DNA of 36,778 bases. Source: a virus (taxonomy: Duplodnaviria > Caudoviricetes). Each line of letters starts with the position of its first letter. Position 1 is the first letter of the stretch. This document shows, one piece after another, positions 13,383 through 22,751 of the stretch. The notes beneath the pieces were generated by a model, which was given only the letters and a program-made list of their open reading frames with translations, made no database searches and was not told the origin of the DNA. The stretch is taken from positions 1-36,778 of IMG/VR virus record IMGVR_UViG_3300032225_000443, one strand, 5' to 3'. The position numbers and the translations under genes were made by a program.

Positions 13383-15571
13383 TGGCATCTGACTACACCG
13401 GAATTAACGCCGTTGGCAACGTCGCAATTGGTGGCAAACCACTCAAGAGCGACTCGGATGTGCTGTCAACGGCGCGGGATCGCCTGTCAATGGCAATCTC
13501 GGCGTACTCGGAATCGCGTGAGGATGAGTTAGACGATCTGCGTTTTTACGCGGGTAGCCCTGATAACCAGTGGCAGTGGCCGGCAGATGTGTTGGCGACC
13601 CGTGGTGCGGTGCAGGGGCAGTCGATTAACGCGCGGCCCTGCTTGACGATCAACAAGTTGCCGCAGCACGTTCACCAGATTACGAACGACCAGCGCCAGA
13701 ACCGGCCTAGTGTCAAGGTCATTCCGGTTGATGACAACGCGGATGTTGAGGTTGCCGAGATTTTCAACGGCATGATTCGGCATATTGAGTACATCTCGGA
13801 TGCGGATGTGGCGTATGACACCGCTTGCGAGAACCAGGTTGCGTATGGCGAGGGTTATATTCGGATTTTGACTGAGTATTGCGACGATAATACGTTTGAT
13901 CAGGACATCAAGATCGCGCGGGTACGCAATAGTTTCTCGGTCTACATGGACCCGCTGATTCAAGACCCATGCGGTAGTGACGCCAAGTGGTGTTTTATCA
14001 CCGAGGACTTGAGCAAAGAAGAGTACGGGCGTCTTTTCCCAAATGCTTCGCCCTTGTCCACGCTAGAAACGCTAGGTGTTGGTGATCAGAACCTTAGTCA
14101 GTGGCTAAATACAGACACTATTCGTATTGCTGAGTATTTTTATATTGAATACGACAAGCAAACGCTGAATCTGTACCCTGGCAACGTTACTGCGTTCCAA
14201 GGGTCGCCTGAAGACAAGCAATTACGCCAAATCTACGGCAAACCGAAGAAATCTCGCCAAGCGGATCGTAAAAAGATCAAGTGGTGCAAGATTAACGGCT
14301 ACGAAATCCTTGAAGAGCAGGAATGGGCCGGTAGTTGTATCCCTGTTGTGCGGGTAATTGGCAACGAATACGAAGTTGAGGGCCGCATTTACATCAGCGG
14401 GCTGGTGCGTAACGCCAAAGATGCACAGCGGATGTACAACTATTGGACTAGCCAAGAGGCAGAGATGCTGGCGCTGGCTCCAAAGGCCCCGTTTATTGGT
14501 TATGGCGGGCAGTTTGAGGGGTATGAGACCCAATGGAAGACTGCAAACACGCAAAATTGGCCGTATTTGGAAGTAAATCCGGATGTGACGGACGGCCAGG
14601 GTGCGGTTTTGCCGTTGCCCCAACGTGCGCTGCCGCCAATGGCCCAAACTGGCTTGATTCAAGCCAAAATGGGCGCGTCCGAGGACATCAAGTCTGCAAC
14701 TGGACAGTACAACGCATCACTTGGGCAACAATCGAACGAACGTTCTGGCAAGGCTATTTTAGCCCGCCAGCGTGAGGGCGATGTTGGCACTTACCACTAT
14801 CAGGACAACCTGGCACGAGCTGTACGGCACATTGGTAGGCAATGTGTTGATCTAATCCCCAAAATTTACGACACGCAGCGCATCGCCCGGATTATCGGGA
14901 TTGATGGCGAGACCAAGATGGTCAAGATTGACCCTACGCAACAGGAACCTGTGCGTAAGATCCAGAACCAAGAAGGGATTGTGATTGACAAGATCTACAA
15001 TCCGTCTGTTGGCAAGTACGACGTAGTTGTTGCAACCGGCCCAGGGTACGCGACTAAGCGCCAAGAGGCTCTTGAGGCAATGGCACAACTGCTACAGGGC
15101 AACCCGCAACTGTGGACCGTGGCTGGTGACTTGTTCGTCAAGAACATGGATTGGCCTGGAGCTCAAGAGATGGCAAAGCGGTTTGCCAAGACGATTGACC
15201 CAAAATTGATGGGCGACGCCGAGGATAACCCGGCTTTGCAAGCGGCTAATCAGCAGATGCAGGCGATGGCGGCAGAGTTGGATCAGCTGCACCAGATGCT
15301 GCAAAATGTTGGCAAGTCAATGGAAGCGCAGGACATGGAGCGCAAGGATTACGAAGCCAAGATCAAGGCGTTTGACGCTGAGACTAAGCGTATCAGCGCT
15401 GTTCAAGCCGGAATGTCAGAGCAGCAGATTCAAGATATTGCAATGGGCGTGGTTGCCGCCGCGATGGAATCGCAGAACTTTATAATGCCGGAAATGCGTG
15501 AGCAGCCTACGCAAATGGAAATGATGCCGGAATCGTCTGAGTACGCGCCGCAACAAGGGATTATGTCATGA
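13382..15571 (+). CDS. P22-like portal protein
   Basis: 'DDLRFY.G..QW', 'RPCLTINKL', 'GLVRNAKDAQRMYNY', 'SGKAILARQ', 'GKYDVVV.TGPGYATKRQE'; C-terminal Gln-rich barrel. Confidence 0.93.
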   Translation: MASDYTGINAVGNVAIGGKPLKSDSDVLSTARDRLSMAISAYSESREDELDDLRFYAGSPDNQWQWPADVLATRGAVQGQSINARPCLTINKLPQHVHQITNDQRQNRPSVKVIPVDDNADVEVAEIFNGMIRHIEYISDADVAYDTACENQVAYGEGYIRILTEYCDDNTFDQDIKIARVRNSFSVYMDPLIQDPCGSDAKWCFITEDLSKEEYGRLFPNASPLSTLETLGVGDQNLSQWLNTDTIRIAEYFYIEYDKQTLNLYPGNVTAFQGSPEDKQLRQIYGKPKKSRQADRKKIKWCKINGYEILEEQEWAGSCIPVVRVIGNEYEVEGRIYISGLVRNAKDAQRMYNYWTSQEAEMLALAPKAPFIGYGGQFEGYETQWKTANTQNWPYLEVNPDVTDGQGAVLPLPQRALPPMAQTGLIQAKMGASEDIKSATGQYNASLGQQSNERSGKAILARQREGDVGTYHYQDNLARAVRHIGRQCVDLIPKIYDTQRIARIIGIDGETKMVKIDPTQQEPVRKIQNQEGIVIDKIYNPSVGKYDVVVATGPGYATKRQEALEAMAQLLQGNPQLWTVAGDLFVKNMDWPGAQEMAKRFAKTIDPKLMGDAEDNPALQAANQQMQAMAAELDQLHQMLQNVGKSMEAQDMERKDYEAKIKAFDAETKRISAVQAGMSEQQIQDIAMGVVAAAMESQNFIMPEMREQPTQMEMMPESSEYAPQQGIMS

Positions 15572-15930
15572 AAGCTGCGGATTTCGTTGGTCTGTTGTTC
15601 TTGGGGCGTGATGTAGCCCATAGTGTACACCTCAACACGCGAAGCTATAGCAAGCACAAGGCGTTGCAGAAGTTTTACGAACTGATTATTGAAGCAGCGG
15701 ATGATTTTGCTGAAGCGTACCAGGGCCGGCATGGGTTGATTGGACCGATTACGTTGATGTCGGCTAAAAAAACAACCAACATTATTGAGTTTTTGGAAAC
15801 TCAACTTGCTGAGATTGAAGCAAACAGGTATGAGGTTGTTGACAAGACGGATATGTCTTTGCAGCAGTTAATTGATAATATTATTGAAATTTACCTACGT
15901 GCCCTGTATAGGCTGCGCTTCTTGGCATGA
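15568..15930 (+). CDS. Ferritin/Dps-like four-helix protein (DUF5856-like)
   Basis: 'AHSVHLNTRSYSKHKALQKFYE...DDFAEAYQG' parallels the Dps ferroxidase pattern. Confidence 0.7.
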   Translation: MKAADFVGLLFLGRDVAHSVHLNTRSYSKHKALQKFYELIIEAADDFAEAYQGRHGLIGPITLMSAKKTTNIIEFLETQLAEIEANRYEVVDKTDMSLQQLIDNIIEIYLRALYRLRFLA

Positions 15931-17033
15931 GCCTTTTAATCAACCATTCAACTCCGGCAGATGGTTCGTTTAGCGCGACTGGCGCGACTGCGTGGAATGC
16001 CACGCACGCTTTTACTGGTGTTCTAGACGTAGCAAACGGTGGCAACGGGACCGCAACACCGGCATTAGTAGCCGGGACAAACGTCACAATCACTGGGACT
16101 TGGCCTAATCAGACCATCAATTCTTCTGGCGGTGGTGGGTCTGGTACGGTTACAAACGTTTCTGTCACATCAGCAAACGGTCTTGCAGGCACTGTAACCA
16201 ACCCAACTACAACCCCGGCAATCAGCCTTTCCACGACCGTTACGGGACTGCTCAAGGGTAACGGCACTGCAATTAGTGCGGCTACGTCAGGGACGGACTA
16301 TGCGCCTGCTACGTCTGGGACATCAATCCTGTACGGCGACAACGCTGGCGGTTTTTCAAACGTAACGGTTGGCACCGGATTAAGTTTTACTTCTGGAACA
16401 CTGACTGCCACGGGTTCTGGAACGGTTACAAGTGTTGGGGCAACGTCCCCTGTTGCATCGAGTGGCGGGGCAACGCCAACTATCAGTCTTAATACTGCTT
16501 ACGGCGACACGCTAAACCCATACGCAAGCAAGACAGCCAATTACTTTTTGGCTGCACCAAACGGAACTGCGGGCGCGCCATCTTTTAGGGGGATTGTAGC
16601 AAATGACATTCCAACTCTAAATCAAAACACTACTGGGTCTGCTGGATCTGTAGCAAACTCATTAACAATTAGTTCACCGTTAAGCGGGACAAGTTACAAC
16701 GGAAGTTCGGCCACTACAATTGCACTTGCTGCAAGCTATGGCGACACACAGAACCCATACGCGAGCAAAACGGCCAACTATGTGCTGGCTGCGCCCAATG
16801 GGACTGCGGGTACCCCATCTTTTAGGGCGCTTGTATCTGCCGATATTCCATCGCTAAACTATCAAGCACCAATTACGCTCACGACTACCGGCACAAGTGG
16901 CGCAGCCACTTTTATCGGCAACACGCTCAATATCCCGCAATACACTGGCGGCAGCGGAAGTCCTAACTTAGATGGCGGCACGCCAACAAGTAACTACGGC
17001 GGGATTACCGCAATTGACGGAGGAACACCATAA
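15927..17033 (+). CDS. Thr/Gly/Ser-rich fibre-like structural protein with internal repeats
   Basis: 'GTVTSV' repeats; duplicated 'YGDT.NPYASKTANY.LAAPNGTAG.PSFR'; C-terminal 'DGGTP' twice. Confidence 0.75.
   Translation: MSLLINHSTPADGSFSATGATAWNATHAFTGVLDVANGGNGTATPALVAGTNVTITGTWPNQTINSSGGGGSGTVTNVSVTSANGLAGTVTNPTTTPAISLSTTVTGLLKGNGTAISAATSGTDYAPATSGTSILYGDNAGGFSNVTVGTGLSFTSGTLTATGSGTVTSVGATSPVASSGGATPTISLNTAYGDTLNPYASKTANYFLAAPNGTAGAPSFRGIVANDIPTLNQNTTGSAGSVANSLTISSPLSGTSYNGSSATTIALAASYGDTQNPYASKTANYVLAAPNGTAGTPSFRALVSADIPSLNYQAPITLTTTGTSGAATFIGNTLNIPQYTGGSGSPNLDGGTPTSNYGGITAIDGGTP
16500..16857 (+). repeat. Imperfect ~120-bp coding duplication (237-bp period)
   Basis: Copies start at 16500 and 16737; mostly synonymous divergence. 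Confidence 0.85.
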
Positions 17034-18142
17034 TGGCCGTTCAGATTCAAATCAGGAATGGCACCGCATCAGCCTGGACTTCAGCTAATCCTACGCTTGC
17101 TGTTGGCGAGATGGGTTCGGAGACAGACACCGGGCGGTTTAAGATCGGTAACGGTTCAACCGCTTGGAATAGCCTTGGGTACTCCTTGGGAGTATCGTCT
17201 AAGGGCGCGTATTCGGGTTCTACCCAGTATTATCCAAACGACATTGTTTCGTACAATAATTCAAGTTACATTTGTATTCTAGCGTCGCTAGGTAATCTGC
17301 CAACGAACACGACGTACTGGAATCTGCTTGCCTTGGCTGGTAGCGTCACTTCCGTAGGGCAGACATTTACTGGCGGCATCGTATCGGTTTCTGGATCTCC
17401 TGTTACTTCTTCAGGGACGCTGGCGCTCACGGTTGCAGGTACTTCTGGCGGGGTGCCATACTTCTCAAGCGGCACGACATGGGCTTCTAGTGCGGCTCTT
17501 GCATCTAATGCGTTGGTTATTGGTGGCGGTGCTGGCGCGGCACCGTCAACTATTACAACTGGAACAAACGTACTAATTGCTTTAGGAACCAACACGGGTT
17601 CTGCTGGAGCGTTTGTAGTTAACGGTGGGGCGCTTGGTACTCCATCTGGCGGCACTTTAACAAACGCTACGGGCTTGCCAATATCAACTGGCGTATCTGG
17701 GTTGGGAACCAACGTTGCTACTTTTTTGGCAACACCATCTAGCGCTAACTTGGCTGCGGCGGTTACTGATGAGACTGGCTCCGGGCTGGTGGTATTTAAC
17801 AATGCCCCTGCACTGACCAACCCGACAGTTACAAACTACGTTGAAACACTGTACTCGGCTAACACCAGTACGGCGATCACTGTGAACTTGGCAAACGGCA
17901 CAGTTCAGAACCTGACGTTGACTGTTAGCGCAACAATCACAATGCCTACTGCTGTGGCGGGCAAGTCGTTCATCATTATTCTTACGCAAAACGGCGGGTT
18001 TACCGTAACTTGGTCTACTGTGTCTTGGCCTTCCGCCACGCCCCCCACACTTACTGCCACTGCCGCTAGGAAAGACATTTTCTCGTTCTTTTCTGATGGC
18101 ACGAGCTGGTTCGGCACCACTATCGGACAGAACTACACATAA
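17033..18142 (+). CDS. Fibre protein with Mtd-N-like N-terminus and CBM5/12-like module
   Basis: 'IQIRNGTASAWTSANPTLAVGEMG.ETDTGRFKIGNG.TAWNSL' then 'KGAYSGSTQYYPNDIVSYNNSSYIC'. Confidence 0.8.
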   Translation: MAVQIQIRNGTASAWTSANPTLAVGEMGSETDTGRFKIGNGSTAWNSLGYSLGVSSKGAYSGSTQYYPNDIVSYNNSSYICILASLGNLPTNTTYWNLLALAGSVTSVGQTFTGGIVSVSGSPVTSSGTLALTVAGTSGGVPYFSSGTTWASSAALASNALVIGGGAGAAPSTITTGTNVLIALGTNTGSAGAFVVNGGALGTPSGGTLTNATGLPISTGVSGLGTNVATFLATPSSANLAAAVTDETGSGLVVFNNAPALTNPTVTNYVETLYSANTSTAITVNLANGTVQNLTLTVSATITMPTAVAGKSFIIILTQNGGFTVTWSTVSWPSATPPTLTATAARKDIFSFFSDGTSWFGTTIGQNYT

Positions 18143-20235
18143 TGTTTGCTGCATCTAAATCAGGTAGATCGGCTGCTGGCGGCGGGGCAACCGACGCCTC
18201 TTTTGCCTATGTCCCATTGTTGTTGGAAACGACCAGCACCAACGGGCAGCAGAACAATACGTTCTTAGATTCCAGTACCAACGCATTTACCATTACCCGC
18301 AACGGCACACCGACGCAGGGTTCGTTTACTCCGTATCGTCCAAACGGGTATTGGAGCAATTATTTTAACGGCACTTCAGATTATTTAAGCGTTGCAAATA
18401 ACGCGGCATTTGAGTTGGGGGCCAACAACTTTACAATTGAGGCGTGGATTCAAACCACATCCTCCGTTCAATATACTACTATTGCTGCAAAGCAAGTTGC
18501 ATCTGCTACTGGTAACTGGTGGTTTTTAATAAACAACGCAAGCGCAACTGCGGGAGATGTTGCATTTTGGTGTTACGACTATAATTTGTTTACTACCGCG
18601 ATGGTTTCTACTAGCGGTGTAAACGTAAGAGATGGCCTTTGGCATCATATTGCTTTAGTTAGAAACGGTTCATCATGGGCGATTTATGTTGATGGTGTAT
18701 CGCGTGGCACTTTAACTGTCATACTTACAATTGGATCTCTAAACGCTTCCCTTTATGTAGGCAACAATCAGCAAAACCCAACAAAGTATTTCCCTGGTTA
18801 CATTTCTAATTTTAGGTTGGTAAACGGCACAGCGATTGTTCCCCCTTCCGGCGGGCCAACTTCGCCCTTAACCAATGTAACAAATACATCTTTGCTGACT
18901 TGCCAATCTAACCGCTTTATTGACAACAGCACCAACAATTTTGCTATTACTCTTGCTGGCACCCCCCGCGTCCAAGCATTCCAGCCGTTCTCCCCAACGG
19001 CATCGTACACCACTGCGCTGTATGGTGGGAGCGGGTACTTTAATGGTAGTACGGATTATTTGAGTGTCGCTAGCAACGCCGCGTTACAACTTGGTACAGG
19101 TGATTTTACTGTTGAATTTTGGATTTATCCAATTACTTTACCAGGTGCCGCTACATATCCTCCTATGCTTGTTTTAGGGGCTGGGACGGCAAATACTTTA
19201 TTTGTTAACTTTAGAAGCAGCGGAACTATTGGATTGACAGATGATGTTGCTGTTTACGCTACTACCGCTTCTCCATTAGTTGTAAATAATTGGTATCACA
19301 TTGCAGTTGTTAGAAGTTCTGGCTCTTCAAAAATATACACTAATGGAGTTGGTGGTACGGCAGTAGCTTGTTCTACTAATTTTTCACAAAACTTTGCAAC
19401 TATAGGTTATAACTTAGTATCTGCTTATCTTAATGCATACATTAGTAACCTTCGTATTGTCAAAGGCACAGCAGTCTACACCGGAGCATTTAAACCGCCA
19501 ACGCTTGCACCATTAGCTACGTCAGGATCAGCAAGCGCCGCAAGCTACACAGACACCACCAACGTCAATACAAGTTTTGCAGCCTCTAGCACTAGTCTCC
19601 TGCTCAACATGACCAACGCAGGAATTTACGACGCCGCAATGCAGAACAATATTACGACGGCGGGTGCTGCGGCAACTGCTGTCACTCCGGCAAAATGGTC
19701 GCCAAGTAGCATGAGTTTTAACGGAAGCAACTCGTATGCTCAAGCCCTTTCAAATCCGGCGTTTACTCTTGGAACATCAAACTTTACGATTGAGTTCTGG
19801 GTTTACTTTAATAGCGTTGCGTCAGGACAATCAGTTGCAGGAAGGCACGTTTTAACCGCCGCTGGTGACTGGGCAATTTACACTGCGTCAACTGGAAGTT
19901 TGAACTATTACCTTAGTTCGACCGGCGCAACTTGGAACCTTGCCAACCAAATATCAATTGGTAGCATAAGCACTGGGACATGGTACTACGTTGCGCTTGT
20001 GCGAAATGGTTCTGTATTTACTCCATACATAGGGACGACTCCCGGTTCAACCCCAACAGCGGGGACAACAACAACTACATCATCCGCTTTGTTTGCAACC
20101 ACGCAAGCACTGACTATTGGCGCGGCTAATAATTCGGCTGGATATTTTAACGGATATGTTCAAGATTTTCGATTTACAGTTGGTGTGGCTCGTTCAATTA
20201 CCACCGTTCCTTCCGCATCATTTCCAACAAAATAA
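18142..20235 (+). CDS. Concanavalin A-like/LamG lectin protein with three domains
   Basis: Three 'FNG..DYL...FTIE.W...W.H.A.VR.G...YI..FR' units. Confidence 0.88.
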   Translation: MFAASKSGRSAAGGGATDASFAYVPLLLETTSTNGQQNNTFLDSSTNAFTITRNGTPTQGSFTPYRPNGYWSNYFNGTSDYLSVANNAAFELGANNFTIEAWIQTTSSVQYTTIAAKQVASATGNWWFLINNASATAGDVAFWCYDYNLFTTAMVSTSGVNVRDGLWHHIALVRNGSSWAIYVDGVSRGTLTVILTIGSLNASLYVGNNQQNPTKYFPGYISNFRLVNGTAIVPPSGGPTSPLTNVTNTSLLTCQSNRFIDNSTNNFAITLAGTPRVQAFQPFSPTASYTTALYGGSGYFNGSTDYLSVASNAALQLGTGDFTVEFWIYPITLPGAATYPPMLVLGAGTANTLFVNFRSSGTIGLTDDVAVYATTASPLVVNNWYHIAVVRSSGSSKIYTNGVGGTAVACSTNFSQNFATIGYNLVSAYLNAYISNLRIVKGTAVYTGAFKPPTLAPLATSGSASAASYTDTTNVNTSFAASSTSLLLNMTNAGIYDAAMQNNITTAGAAATAVTPAKWSPSSMSFNGSNSYAQALSNPAFTLGTSNFTIEFWVYFNSVASGQSVAGRHVLTAAGDWAIYTASTGSLNYYLSSTGATWNLANQISIGSISTGTWYYVALVRNGSVFTPYIGTTPGSTPTAGTTTTTSSALFATTQALTIGAANNSAGYFNGYVQDFRFTVGVARSITTVPSASFPTK

Positions 20236-20237
20236 TC

Positions 20238-20654
20238 ATGCAACTAGCTAACCAAGACCTCATCATCAAAGACCACACCGAGTGGTTCCCCAACACAAGT
20301 TTTGGTGACCGTGGTCCGTCATTGGATTGGGTCAAGGATGAGGGCTATTACGTTATCACGGTGTGGAAACCCTACGATCACGCCACAGAAAAGCTAGTTT
20401 CTGCTGCCCCACATATGTACGACGGAATGTGCTGTTTGGTTGACGTTGAGCCGCTGACCGCTGAAGAACTGCAATCGCGTGTTGACACTCAGTGGCAGGT
20501 TGTACGTACACAGCGCAACCAGATGCTCAAAGACACCGACTGGACTCAGTTGGCTGACGCTCCGGTTGACAAGTCAGTTTGGGCTACTTATCGGCAGGCA
20601 CTTCGTGATATAAGTACGCAACCCGATCCGTTTAACATTACCTGGCCGGTATGA
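20238..20654 (+). CDS. Tail fibre assembly chaperone-like protein
   Basis: C-terminal 'RTQRNQMLKDTDWTQLADAP...WATYRQALRDI..QPDPFNITWP'. Confidence 0.88.
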   Translation: MQLANQDLIIKDHTEWFPNTSFGDRGPSLDWVKDEGYYVITVWKPYDHATEKLVSAAPHMYDGMCCLVDVEPLTAEELQSRVDTQWQVVRTQRNQMLKDTDWTQLADAPVDKSVWATYRQALRDISTQPDPFNITWPV

Positions 20655-20767
20655 ATTCGTTTTTTGGCGGCGCGTTTTTTAGCGGGGATTTTTTTCTGTC
20701 TGTCATAGTCTATGCAGACCAGTTGTTAATTAAACTTCGGTCATTTACCGAAAGAAGGAGATTTTGA
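20651..20767 (+). CDS. Small protein, 38 aa (MNSFFGGAFFSGDFFLSVIVYADQLLIKLRSFTERRRF), missing from the ORF track
   Basis: ATGA overlap upstream and TGATG overlap downstream. Confidence 0.65.
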   Translation: MNSFFGGAFFSGDFFLSVIVYADQLLIKLRSFTERRRF

Positions 20768-21072
20768 TGGCTATTAACCTCAAAGCAATTACCTCGGTAA
20801 TGGGCTACCAGCAGATCACAAGTCTGAGTTCTGCTACCAAACTGACAGTGCCGCCACGCGACATCAGTGGATTGATTGGGTCCCCTCGGATCGCCATCAT
20901 TACGCCCGAAACTCAAAACGTTCGCTGGCGCGACGATGGTGTTGCACCAACGGCTACAGTTGGTATGCCGCTAGCCGCTGGCGTTACGTTGCAGTATGAC
21001 GGAGATCTTTCGCAGATCCAGTTTATTGAGCAGAGCGCTAGCGCCAAACTCAACATTACTTATTATTCTTGA
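20767..21072 (+). CDS. Hypothetical virion protein (beta-rich)
   Basis: AAGGAG RBS; 'VRWRDDGVAPTATVGMPL'. Confidence 0.75.
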   Translation: MAINLKAITSVMGYQQITSLSSATKLTVPPRDISGLIGSPRIAIITPETQNVRWRDDGVAPTATVGMPLAAGVTLQYDGDLSQIQFIEQSASAKLNITYYS

Positions 21073-21079
21073 GGTTGCC

Positions 21080-21568
21080 ATGCAAGTCTCTAACGATTCC
21101 GCTGCCGTGAATTACGTTGATTACTTCACCAAGCAGTTTCCAATTGATCTGGCTAACATGGCCGCACTGCGCGACGAACTAGCTATCCGTCAGGGTGCTT
21201 TGTCTGCCGCTCAAGACGCTGTAGCTGACCGTGAACGCGCAAAGCAAGAACTTGATGCAGCCAAGGCAGAAGCAAATGCTTTGCGAGTAGACGCAAGCGC
21301 TGACCGTGAAACTGCCAAACAAGAACTCGCTGATGCGAAAGCCAAGGCAAAAGATTTGAACGCCCAGGCTAAAGCGGCGCTCGCCGCTGCGGTAGATCGT
21401 GAGGCAGCGGTTGAGTTGCGCGAAAAAGTTGTGTCAGATCGTGAGGACTATCAGATTGCATCTCAAATTGAGATTGATAGCCAACAGGCCGATCTAAAAG
21501 AGAAAACCGTTGCTCTTGATGCTCGAGTAAAAGCATTTCAAGATAAAGTCGCAGCACTTACAGCGTAA
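21080..21568 (+). CDS. Coiled-coil protein
   Basis: GAGG RBS before MQVSNDS; long Ala/Lys/Glu heptad region. Confidence 0.75.
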   Translation: MQVSNDSAAVNYVDYFTKQFPIDLANMAALRDELAIRQGALSAAQDAVADRERAKQELDAAKAEANALRVDASADRETAKQELADAKAKAKDLNAQAKAALAAAVDREAAVELREKVVSDREDYQIASQIEIDSQQADLKEKTVALDARVKAFQDKVAALTA

Positions 21569-21576
21569 GGCTTACC

Positions 21577-22077
21577 ATGGCTACCGTATCTCTTTCAGCT
21601 TTTGGCGGTGTTGGGTCTCAGTTTTTTGACAACAATGGTAGCCCGCTATCTGGTGGCAAGATTTACACGTATGAGGCCGGGACAACAACACCGCTGGCTA
21701 CATACACATCAAGCAGTGGCGGCACAGCGCACTCAAACCCCATTGTGCTTGACTCCGCTGGTAGAGTGCCTAGCGGTGAAATTTGGGTTTTGATACGACT
21801 GTACAAGTTTGTACTGAAAACCAGCGCGGATGTTTTAATTGCCACATACGACAACGTTGGTAGCAGTTTTAACGCCACGGCAATTATTGCCAATTTTACT
21901 GGTAACGGTTCAACTGTTGCATTTACGTTGGCAAGCGCTCCAGCAAACGAAAACTCAACTAATATTTACATCAACGGTGTGTACCAGCAAAAAGACACTT
22001 ACAGCGTTGCTAGCGCTGTTGTTACGTTTTCACAAGCACCACCAACCACTTCGTCAATTGAAGTCAATTACGTTTAA
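21577..22077 (+). CDS. Stand-alone tailspike anchor/adaptor protein
   Basis: 'FFDNNGSPLSGGKIYTYEAGTTTPLATY...NPIVLDSAGR' tailspike N-terminal anchor plus 'FTGNGSTVAFTL...IYINGVYQ' domain, with no catalytic part. Confidence 0.7.
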   Translation: MATVSLSAFGGVGSQFFDNNGSPLSGGKIYTYEAGTTTPLATYTSSSGGTAHSNPIVLDSAGRVPSGEIWVLIRLYKFVLKTSADVLIATYDNVGSSFNATAIIANFTGNGSTVAFTLASAPANENSTNIYINGVYQQKDTYSVASAVVTFSQAPPTTSSIEVNYV

Positions 22078-22085
22078 CAAGTAAT

Positions 22086-22742
22086 ATGTCCAACCTCAAG
22101 ATTTCTCAGCTTACTGGAGCAACAACTCCGCTTGCTGGAACTGAGACATTGCCGGTTGTTCAATCGGGATCAACGGTTAAGGTCAGCGTTGCAAACTTAA
22201 CTGCTGGCCGCGCAGTTGCAACGGCTGGCGGTTCGTTTACGGACAACATTACTCAAAGCACCGTAGCAAAAGGCATCAATTTCACTGCCAACACCCCGGC
22301 AGCGGGCATGACAAGCCAGCTATTAAACTGGTACGAAGAAGGGACGTTTACTCCAACGATCACGGCTGGAACGGCTGGAAATTTAAGCGTGTCGTACAGC
22401 ACTCAATTGGGTAGATACACCAGAATCGGCAATCGAGTTTATATTTCCGCATCAATTGTCACAAGCGCATTTTCGTATACTACCGCAAGCGGGCTAGTAA
22501 GATTGGGTGGGTTGCCGTTTTCGTCAAATGGTACGTCAGGAAATCTACCAAGTTTTTCTTTATTTTTTACTGGACTCACCAAGTTGGGTTACACACAATT
22601 TGTACCATATACCGACCCTGGTAATACATGGTTAATTGTAACGGCCTGCGCTTCTGGGGTTTCTAATTCTGGAGTAAATATTACCGATTTCCCCACAGGC
22701 GGGACTGTCGGAATGATTTATTCAGGTCATTATCAAATTTAA
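22086..22742 (+). CDS. Short fibre/receptor-binding protein
   Basis: 'KISQLT.ATTPLAGTETLPVVQSGSTVKVSV' N-terminal motif; C-terminal 'YEEGTFTP...YTRIGNRV...GLPF' domain. Confidence 0.75.
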   Translation: MSNLKISQLTGATTPLAGTETLPVVQSGSTVKVSVANLTAGRAVATAGGSFTDNITQSTVAKGINFTANTPAAGMTSQLLNWYEEGTFTPTITAGTAGNLSVSYSTQLGRYTRIGNRVYISASIVTSAFSYTTASGLVRLGGLPFSSNGTSGNLPSFSLFFTGLTKLGYTQFVPYTDPGNTWLIVTACASGVSNSGVNITDFPTGGTVGMIYSGHYQI

Positions 22743-22751
22743 GGAAAAAAA

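Noticed and set aside
17033-18142. Diversity-generating retroelement target (Mtd-like N-terminus)
   Set aside because: No reverse transcriptase and no TR/VR pair with adenine-specific mismatches; the 16500/16737 duplication differs mostly at synonymous sites
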